Assembly: GCA_964016885.1 (NCBI GenBank)
Contig: OZ024740.1
Span: forward strand, 275,032,001-275,096,000
Reading direction: 5' to 3'
DNA length: 64,000 nucleotides
Source: Eledone cirrhosa
Lineage: Eukaryota
The first letter of the stretch is position 1, and every line of letters begins with the position of its first letter. A program made the position numbers and the translations under genes. The notes below the pieces were generated by a model, which was not told the DNA's origin, searched no databases, and saw only the letters and a list, made by a program, of their open reading frames with translations. Shown here piece after piece: positions 54,020 through 64,000 of the stretch.

Positions 54020-54142
54020 GGTAAACATTGATGCAATTCAATTCAAGCACTCAACGTACTTTTTCCACATAGGAGTGACGGAGTAAATATCGAATAAGGA
54101 AAAGCGAAGTAGTTTCAGATGTTCAAGTCCTTTAATAATAAT

Positions 54143-54216
54143 GCTGTGATATATATTTCAATGACGACACTGGCCACACTGTTCTGTGTGCGAGTGTTGT
54201 GTCATCATCAGACAGC
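54143..54216 (-). ncRNA. Type I hammerhead ribozyme
   Basis: Exact reverse complement of 54323-54396. Confidence 0.8.
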
Positions 54217-54322
54217 TTGTTACATAATAAGGTTGTTTCCGAGGCAATCCAAATTGAATCCCCATGGGAACGGATGAAGTTCGTGCTTTTGGGTTTTTCA
54301 TCCGTTCCCTATTATGTAACAA

Positions 54323-54396
54323 GCTGTCTGATGATGACACAACACTCGCACACAGAACAGTGTGGCCAGTGTCGTCATTGAAATATATATCACAGC
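54323..54396 (+). ncRNA. Type I hammerhead ribozyme
   Basis: GCTGT-CTGATGA-TGACac.aACACT...AGTGTcGTCAtt-GAAA-TATATA-TC-ACAGC. Confidence 0.85.
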
Positions 54397-54626
54397 ATTA
54401 TTATTAAAGGACTTGAACATCTGAAACTACTTCGCTTTTCCTTATTCTATATATATATATATATATAAATCATTTAACACTATTCCTCCTGCTATGAGTG
54501 TCTCTCGATCAGTTTTTCCAAAAGTAGGTTCTGTTGTCTTAATAAAAATGTATTATTTTTTTTTGTTTATATAAATTCTCTTCCTAAGATAATTTTGATT
54601 CATTTAATGTATTATTAAATTTATGA

Positions 54627-54815
54627 GGGCGGTGGATTGGCAGTATCAGTAGAGGGTCGGACGCCATGCTTTCCAGCATAGTTACGTCCCTTTACGATCT
54701 GAGTTCAAATCCCGCCGAGGTAGACTTTGCCTTTCATCCTTACGGGGTCGATAAAATAAAATACCAGTAATGCACTGGGTAATTGCTGGCCTTGTGCCTA
54801 ACGTAGAAACAATTA
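54627..54815 (+). mobile_element. Nin SINE
   Basis: Same family sequence, full head. Confidence 0.85.
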
Positions 54816-55880
54816 AATTTATGATGGTGGGGATTGTTTGTAAAATATAGGTAAGGGTTCTGCAATTTTGAGAAAATAGTGTGAGGGTTCCCTACCAAAA
54901 TATGTTTAGGAGGCACTGCTCCTGATTGTAATGCTGAATTACATTTTTTTTAATAGCGTCTGTAGAATGCACCAAGAACCCGATCTAGAATTGTCTCAGA
55001 CTGTGAGTCCTTCTCAATCATCTTATCATTGCCCCTGGTTCTCTTGCACTTTTCTACATGCAGGCTACATGTAATGGCTAGTGTATAACAGGCCATCTCA
55101 CATTAAAAGTCAACAAGACATCAAGCATTAGAAAGACATCAAGCATTAGAAAGTTATGATGGATTACATAACAATATAAACTCTTTGTAGTATTTATATC
55201 TCTGACATCTGTTTCATAGCATCTTATTCTTTATGTTTGTTTTACTTTTACTGTTACACTCTTTCTTTATTTATTTTACAACCAACATTAAAATGCTGCA
55301 TGAATAATACAATAACCACTACCAGTATCACCAACACCAGCAACAACAACAACAACAGAATGAACATCAACAAAACTAACAAATCAACAACATCTACATT
55401 AATAAACAACAAGCAACAAAACAGAAGTTATTATTTCCAACTTTTAACTTGCTAAAGATGCTTCAAAGAGAGGAAGCAAGGAAGAGGATCATGGCAATAG
55501 CCAGTTGTTTTGTGTTTTTATCATATTTTTTATATTTAATTTTTAACTTTATTTGTTATATTTGTGGATTTACTTGTTATTTTGATTTTTCTGCCAACAC
55601 CATTTTTTTTTACTGACAACAACTCATGTTTTTGAATTCTGTTATTATTAAGGGACCGCCAATGGTTGAGTGGTACAACTTGAATGAGGAAGTTGTTTTG
55701 ACTAAAACTAACAATTTCATCATGAATCAACAAAGAAAAAAAAAAAGAAAAATACTTTATTTTATGTGTATTGGTAGGGGTGTGTGGAAGTGAGAGGGTT
55801 GGTGTGGAAGTGAGAGGGCAGAAACATTCATCAGCTACTAAATAAGTATAAAAATTTTGAAAACAACGTTACTATAATAA

Positions 55881-55923
<43 letters not shown>

Positions 55924-57339
55924 ATGATTAAAATAAATAGAAATAACATGTACCCCAAGATACAAACACACACATACACAGCAGAAAACACAATTACCTA
56001 TTAAACATGCTAACAAAGAAGTAAATATAAAGGTTACTCCAGTGGCAAAAACTAAACCACACCCCCTGCACAAAATTCCCTACCTCTACCACTTTCACTT
56101 CAATCATGTTTGGAAACTTTCCTTCTTTGCCATGATGGAAATTCATTCATCTCTTGATGAAACGATACCTAATGAATCATAGGTCAACACACCTATACTC
56201 ACCTACCTGTCAGCCTTTACAATCATACCTCTCTCTCTCACATACACATGCACACTAACACACATATGCACATCCACACACAAATGCATATGTTTATATA
56301 TATTAGCACATATACACACATGCATATGCACATAGACACACTTCTACGTATTTGATTTTTGTTCACATCAATCACTGAATTAGTAGCGGATTTCCTGAAA
56401 TAAACCACAGGTCTTGTTTAGCACAGGCTCTTTCAACAGTATCATCAGCATCATTGCCATCATGGCACATAGATCATTTACTATCACACAATCTCAGAAA
56501 AACAGAACCGTGCCCCTCAGTGTTTGTGAAGACATCCACTATTCGTCCATTGCTCTCATTATAGGCAGTTTTCCCCTTGTATGCAAATATATTTGTTTTG
56601 TCAATATGTCATTGTGTGTTTGTATGTGTGCATGTATGTATATACACATGTAAATATATGTTTATATATGTATGCATGTATGTATATATGTATGTATGCA
56701 TGTATGTGTGTATAGATGTGTGTGTGTTTGCATGTATGTATGTATGTTTTATGCTTGTGTGTGTACTGAACATATACTTAGGATCTTGTATTGGTTAACT
56801 TATACAAAAGCATAACCTTTGTATATGTGTATGTGTACAAAGACAAACACATACTCTGGCACATTACATGTGAGTATTATGGTGAAATGTATTTTAGTAT
56901 GTGTATAATGACCATGTTGCTATGTAGTGGTAGGATAGCTGTTTTTTAGGTTTTAGTGTTCATTATACATATTTTTCATTTTATACTTCTTTTCTTCTTT
57001 GCAGTACTTAACTTCTCATTCTTAGAGGACCCTAGCTATTTCAGCAGACTCCCTATTTAGCATTGGTAAGTTATACATGGCTTTGAAATTTGTTCTGTAA
57101 CATTTCTTTCAACATTGGTATCTCTTTCTCTTTGAATAAATCTTTTGAAATTGTTGTTTTCAAGAAATCAAGGAAGGAAAAGGATATATGTTTTGGATAT
57201 TGGTAGTTAAATTAAATTCTGCCTTCATAGAACATGTTGAATAGTAAAGACTACAGTTAACCAATTCTAAATATATATATATATGTATGCATAGATATTA
57301 TGTGGTTAAGAAGTTTCTGCATTGGTAATGATACATAAG

Positions 57340-57640
57340 TCATGAATGTAGAGGATTTGCAAAGACTAGAAGAAAAGTGCAGTGAGCATACTTTAGTGTA
57401 TGTGTAATGTTAGTGTGCATGAATGCTGGAGTACAAATGACTGAAAAAGATGATATGTGCAAGACGAATGAAATGGAGGAGGGGGTGCAAGAGAGATTAT
57501 TACACTGATATGGACACTTGATGATGGTGGCAGATGTATAAAACTTGCAGGACACTAAAAGAAGCTGCAACTTTTCAGAGTAAGACCAAGGAAAACATCG
57601 GACAAAGTATTGAAATTTGACATAGAAAAGAAGACCTCCA
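57340..57640 (+). mobile_element. Degraded RTE 3' fragment
   Basis: Remnants of RLxWYGH (gagagattattacactgatatggacac) and RPRKT. Confidence 0.45.
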
Positions 57641-58650
57641 CAACAGAGATGAAGGACCAGAATTATTACTGATCTGCAACACGGGAGAAAACCCATTTCC
57701 CCTTGCAAGCATGTTGGAATGAACCTTAAAGCTGTGGTAGACAGAGGTTGAGGGTATGTCTGCACTTGAGTCACTCATTCAATATGTCCCCATCTACATG
57801 AGCCCCTTTCATTCTTTCACTCTTACATAATAACTGTGCCATACTGCCCATGTGATCTAAGGATTGCATTGCACCAATCAAAAACTCTCCACACTTTGAT
57901 GCACCCTCACCCACCCTGCTATTTTCTTTACAATTCTGCCCATTTAACAAGGAATATCTTTAGTTCAGTCCATATATTATTTCATTACCACTGACCTTAT
58001 CAAGTAGCTCTCTCCCTGCTTATCATAATATTTTCTATGTCCACATTTCTATGCTTGTATGGGTTGTGTGGGATGTTTTGAGAGAATGTTTTATAGCCAG
58101 ATGCTCTTCTTGATACAAACCTACTTAGTTACCTTTTTAGGACATGCAGAAATATGATGTAGGTATTCTAAAAACCAAGATACATATGACAATATATAAA
58201 TACAATATTAAGATATATAATTATAAGGGCTCTTAAGCATAACATTCCAGGTCCTTGTTTCATTAATGCAGCTTCATAATGATAAGAAGTGTATAAGTTG
58301 TACATTTGTATATATCAATCAGTAATTGTTTCAAACTTCCAAAATATGTAACATTTTGACACATTTTTAAAAGAACTTTCCCAAAGAATTTATATATAAA
58401 CATATATTCAGATGAATCTTTTAATTCTATTTCATTTTGACGATTGATTTGAGTCTTTTATGAAGCTTTATAGTTAATAAATACAAAGTAAGTGCACCCT
58501 TACTTATACATTGAGTACTATAATATCAATGTTAGACAAAATGTCAATTTTCTTTCAACAGATTTTTTTAGTAAAATCCTGTGAGCAGATGAACATATTT
58601 AAGTATATGTATTCATATAGAAAATCATATTCAAATATTCACAGTTTAAA

Positions 58651-58746
58651 TAATTGTTTCTACCTTTGGCACAAGGCCAGCAATTACCCAGTACATTACT
58701 GGTACTTTATTTTATCGACCCCCGTAAGGATGAAAGGCAAAGTTAA
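58651..58746 (-). mobile_element. Nin SINE 3' half
   Basis: Nin core plus tail. Confidence 0.75.
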
Positions 58747-58826
58747 ATTCACAATTTAAATAATAAGCTATAATAAAACATGTAAACTGGTGTATATCTC
58801 TCTACACATACAAACACACACACATG

Positions 58827-58866
<40 letters not shown>

Positions 58867-59329
58867 GAATCAAAAGTCTTTCTTAAGCCAGAAGGCTCAT
58901 TTGGCCAGTGCTTATCCTGGTTTCATGGCGTGAAGCAACTGAGAGTACAAGACTCACCCCTATACAGGACACTAGTCAATCGATGGGTTAAACCACAGCT
59001 CTTGCTGATACTCATTTTCAGCTGAGATACTGGAGCAACATGAAATAAAGTGTTTTGCTCATATTTATATCATACTCACACAAAGTCGTTTATCTTACTG
59101 ATTAATATATGAGTACATCTTGACTAATGGGTTTGTATTTCTAATAATACAAAACTTATTATATCATTGAGTGAGTAAGGAAATGGGCAAAGTTTTCCAG
59201 GAAGCCTCAGTCTCAAGAGAAATCTGGGCAGAATTTCCAGCCTCCTACCGGTGCACCCACATCAACCCTGGGTGAGATAAGTGGCTTTTGAAGATGCCTT
59301 GTGTTGGGAAGATTGAATGAAACTTTACA

Positions 59330-60120
59330 GTGCAGAAGTACATGATCTGAGAGATAGCAAGAAGAGTGAAAAGAGCAAGTAGTTTTGAAATCTTTTAGGT
59401 TACACCTGTGTGTGATGACATAGTCAATTATCTGCTAATCCTTGAATCTAACATGCATCCATGATGTCAATGGTTTGCAGGTTGTTGAAAAATGCTATTA
59501 GTGTTGCTAAGATCAAATTCCATGCAGAATGAAAGCAGCTTAAGCCCATTTGAGTTCATAGTTCCTACTCCATTAAAACAAAGGACATTATGCCCCTGAA
59601 ATCTCTTTTTATGATAAACTTGTCATTGAAATCTCCCATTATGATGATCTTGTATGGAACAGTGGAAACCACTGTGTGAAGCTGATCATAGAATATTTCG
59701 ATATCCTGCTCAAATAAAGAGTGATGGGTAACAACTCCTGAGTGCAACAGAGGTGTTATTTTCTAGATCCAGAGAAAGAGTCATGATATGATTATTGACA
59801 CCTTTGGAGGATGACTTTAGGAATTTAGCAATGTCAGATCTAATGATAAAACCAACACCAGATTGATGGTAATCTTCTGTCCTTCTTCTGGACCAGAAGA
59901 CTGTGTACCCTTCTATTACTTCTTCCATTTGGGATGTACCAAGGAGTCAGGTTTCACTTATGGCACAGATAACGATATTATATCTAAGTGCTTTGCAAAT
60001 GAAGGCTGATCATTGTTCCAGATTTGAACTGCTGTCTCGGAGTGTTCTAGCATTCCAGGAACCAAAAGTTAAATACTTTGCTTTCTTTCAAATGCATATT
60101 TGGATAATCAGACAGCCATA
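59330..60120 (-). mobile_element. Degraded RTE AP-endonuclease region
   Basis: GYTVFWS...SGVGFII; FYDQL...IIMGDFN. Confidence 0.7.
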
Positions 60121-60856
60121 GTTAAATGTGAAGTTAAAAAATTGAGCAAGCATTTGTTTAGGGCTCTTTTTGGTGCCCCCTTTTTCGCGTAGTGAAAGCA
60201 GTGGTATGTCTACAAAGAACAGCTTTGTCATCATCAGAGGACATAAGCAGCACAAATAGCTCATATTTTGTACATGAAGACATCACCTGATGGTGGCCAC
60301 TGTGTTGAGATCTGGCTAAAGACTTCCAGTAATACCCTTTAGTTGTCCCTGTCTTATTTGCTCTCACTCCAGTGGACTTTGTGTTAATGCTGACATATCA
60401 AATAGACAGAAATGATAGAGCTATAGTACTCGCCATACAAATAAATTGTTTACAGTGGTGAAAGCATGTGTTGACCAGCCATAATTTTTGGAAATGATAA
60501 AGGATTGGTAGAAAAGTTTGCCATAACCCTCCCCAGGCATTGTGAGGTCGTTGACAATCAGGCATTCCTAAACCCTTTTTTAACAGGTTTTATTTTCTGT
60601 TACATAGAATATCCAAAAGTAACCTGCCTCTCCAAGCAAGCTTGGTGGAGTTGCTGGTTTAGTCACCAACAACTTGACCATGTGGCAAGTAGCACTGGGT
60701 TACATGTTACTAGTAGCACTCACAGAGAACCTGACCTTTATATATATATATATATATATAAAGGTTTACATATATATAAAGTCATAGATATATATGTGTT
60801 TTGCAACAGGTCACGTTGTGGCTCAATGAAGAATTAATAAATTAAATAATCAGAGC

Positions 60857-61258
60857 TATATATCATAAATCATGTCTTTAGAATCACTAGATATAATATA
60901 TACCACTCCTGATGAGTCCGAAGCTCTGGACTTTACCTGTTATCGGATGTCTTAAAATACGGACGAAACCATGGTAGAGGTAATTAGGTATGTACGTATT
61001 TCTTCTAAGTTTAAATTTACACCTAATTGTGTTTAGTTGACTGTATATCTGGTCGATTTCTACATGGTGTCGAAATGTTGGATAAATACTCCATGGTAGC
61101 CACCGCGAAGAAGCTGCTTTCGGTTATTTGTCGGAGATTTCTTCATAGGAGCCTTTATTCTTATAGCTTGGTCTAATTGATTTTTTATATGGTTAATTAT
61201 GCTAATTGGGAGAGGAAATGGTATATATTATATCTAGTGATTCTAAAGACATGTTTTA

Positions 61259-61262
<4 letters not shown>
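60857..61262 (+). mobile_element. Hammerhead mini-element with ~45-bp inverted 3' end, in (TA)n
   Basis: 60857-60905 is the reverse complement of 61219-61267, and the forward part starts at the ribozyme. Confidence 0.75.
60901..60982 (+). ncRNA. Type I hammerhead ribozyme
   Basis: TACcaCTC-CTGATGA-GTCCG..(long loop)..CGGAC-GAAA-CCATGG-TA-GAGGTA. Confidence 0.85.
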
Positions 61263-61324
<62 letters not shown>

Positions 61325-61326
<2 letters not shown>

Positions 61327-62274
61327 TTATAGCAGAATCAGTAGAGGAGCTAGAGAATAAATTCTGGCTATGGAAAGAGCAGTTGGAATCAAGAGATCTG
61401 AGAGTGAACTTAGATAAGACAAAAGTGTTGATAAGTATAAAAGAGGACAAAACTCTGATACCGTCAGGGAAATGGCCATGTTCAATATGCAGAAAAGGAA
61501 CTGGCATAAATTCTATAAAATGCACACAATGCACATCCTGGGTACACAAGAGATGTAGCAGGATAGCAGGCAGGGAGAAATATGTATGCAGTAGATGTAC
61601 AGGGAAATTAGACAGTAGAAATCGCATTGATAGACACATTTTTCAAATGCAGGCGGGTGCTATAGAAGTGGTTCATAGCTTCCGGGACCTAGAAGATCAG
61701 ATTAGCATGGGAAGGGGCTGTTCCGAGGCCATAGTATCTAGAATAAGGACAGGTTGGAAGAAGTTTAGGGAGCTGCTTCCTCTGCTGACGAAGGAGCGTT
61801 TCTCCCTGCGTATGAAAGGCCGGTTATATGATGCCTGTGTGAAGAGCACGATGCTGCATGGTAGTGAGACATGGGCAGCAACTGCAGAGGATATGCGATG
61901 GCTGGAGAGAAATGAGGCAAGCATGCTCCGTTGGATGTGCAGTGTCAATGTGCGTGAATGACCCAGCATGAATGTGTTGAGAGAGAATCTGTATGTGAGA
62001 GGGATAGAATGTAGTGTACGGGAGAGGAGACTGAGGTGGGATGGACATGTGATGCGCATGGAGGATGAGCGATGGGTGAAGAAGTTCCAGGAAATGCCAG
62101 TTGAAGGAAGACGTGCTTGAGGTAGACCACAAAAAACATGGGCGGAGGTGGTGAGAACAGACCTCAGATCGCTGAAGCTCACGGTGGAGATGACGAAGGA
62201 CCGTGACAAGTGGAGAGATGCTGTGCTGAATAAGACCTGTCCCACCCTTGCAAGCAGGGAAGAGCGGATGTAAA

Positions 62275-62309
<35 letters not shown>

Positions 62310-62310
62310 A
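61325..62310 (+). mobile_element. RTE LINE 3' fragment with PHD-like cysteine insert
   Basis: [54 protein letters not shown], (GAT)n tail. Confidence 0.85.
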
Positions 62311-62334
62311 TATATATATACATATATGTGACAA

Positions 62335-62414
<80 letters not shown>

Positions 62415-62522
62415 TGTATATATATATAATGTGTGTGTATGTATGTATATATATATATGTGTGTATATATATATATATGTGTGTCTGTGTCTGAGTATAT
62501 ATATATTTTTGTATATATATAC

Positions 62523-62853
62523 GTGGTTAGAGCATTGGCCTTGCAATTGAAAGGTTGTGAGTTCAATTCTCAGACCGGGTGATGTGTTGTTTCCTTGAGC
62601 AAGACAATTTATTTTCACATTGCTCCAGTTTACTCAGCTGTAGAAATGAGATGATAGGGACTGGGGTCCCTATCATTCCACTGCAAAGTGGTCGTGGAGG
62701 TGCCACGGCAAAAAAGCACCCAGCACTCACTGTAAATGAGGTTGGTTTTAGGAAGGGCATCCAGCTGTAGAAATTAAGCCAGAATCAGTTCCCGTCCCAC
62801 CCTTGCAAGCAAGGAAAAAGCAGACGTAAAATGAAATGATGATGATGATGATG
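62523..62853 (+). mobile_element. tRNA-headed RTE-tailed SINE
   Basis: Reverse complement of 33463-33780. Confidence 0.8.
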
Positions 62854-62887
<34 letters not shown>

Positions 62888-63189
62888 TTATGGTAAAGAT
62901 TTGTATGTATAGATCTTTTTTTCATGGAAAAAGAGGTGCTTGCAAAAATGCCAGTCTCGTTGCTCTTGGTAATCAAAACAGAGTTTTAAAATATGAAATA
63001 ATTTTCTATTCATACTGTTATTTATATGACTTAATTTCTGAGAGAAAGCCATTCTGTCATTAGATTTTAATGATAGACTCTTATGACGAAATTATAGTGA
63101 ATCTCGAGATTTCTTTCCAATTTGTATAGTAGTTATATCATCATACATATGCATATACATAGATTCAGCTATATGTTTATATATTTATA

Positions 63190-63241
63190 TGTATATACTT
63201 GTGTGTGTGTGTGTATGTGCACATATATTTGGTTCAATGGC

Positions 63242-63274
<33 letters not shown>

Positions 63275-63332
63275 TCATATGTACTCTCTACTATTTAGAT
63301 ATATATATATATATATACATATATACACACAT

Positions 63333-63408
<76 letters not shown>

Positions 63409-63542
63409 GTGTGTGCATATAAGTGTATGTATATATATATATATATATATATAGGTTTGTGTATTTGTTCATGTACATAATTGTAAATGTATTTCTTAGT
63501 ATATATTACATATTTGTATGTATATATAACTATATATATATA

Positions 63543-63606
<64 letters not shown>

Positions 63607-63638
63607 CATATATATATATACATATATATATATAAGTT

Positions 63639-63722
<84 letters not shown>

Positions 63723-63760
63723 TATATACATATATATATACATATATATATATATACCCA
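63190..63760. repeat. Interrupted (TA)n tract
   Basis: Seen directly. Confidence 0.95.
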
Positions 63761-64000
63761 CACACATGCCTACATACAGACAGAGTGAGAGAGATAGGGA
63801 ACAGAGACAGAGATGCTTACATAGATGCATACATGTATTCATATCCCAAGTTAAATATATACATTCTCGTAAATATATATATATGTGTGTGTATATATAA
63901 AAATTATATAATTCTTTCTGTACATATATATTAATACAGTTTTAATTTTTTCTGTCATACTTAATGCATATTCATGTGTATAAAAATATATATTTATATA

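Larger units (their letters stand above)
54018..54447. mobile_element. Hammerhead fold-back element in (TA)n
   Basis: Perfect ~138-bp inverted arms 54092-54229 and 54310-54447. Confidence 0.85.

Noticed and set aside
54158-54381. Paired 60-aa ORFs on opposite strands
   Set aside because: By-product of the perfect inverted repeat

Overview
AT-rich, microsatellite-dense eukaryotic DNA, almost all repeats. The SINE, RTE and (TA)n make-up suggests a cephalopod or octopus (inference). I could not support any host protein-coding exon, and most listed ORFs are microsatellite artefacts. Recognisable elements are: a near full-length L1/Tx1 LINE with target-site duplication (13091-19098, minus) plus two older Tx1 relics; CR1, RTE, CRE and Gypsy fragments; about 20 Nin/Deu-domain SINEs; RTE-tailed SINEs; a Helitron; and several MITEs. 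The main signal is a dense set of short non-coding inserts, mostly sitting in (TA)n tracts and mostly folded back as inverted repeats. They carry type I hammerhead ribozymes (CUGANGA...GAAA...UH, usually with a palindromic stem III) from at least seven unrelated sequence families. One copy has a compensatory U3-A8 core. One family is physically joined to a Penelope-like GIY-YIG endonuclease C-terminus. Several families share an ACTC...TYGAGTRC hairpin near their 3' ends. These look like a diverse Penelope/retrozyme-like ribozyme retroelement system that targets TA microsatellites. All coordinates were read by eye and may be off by a few bases.
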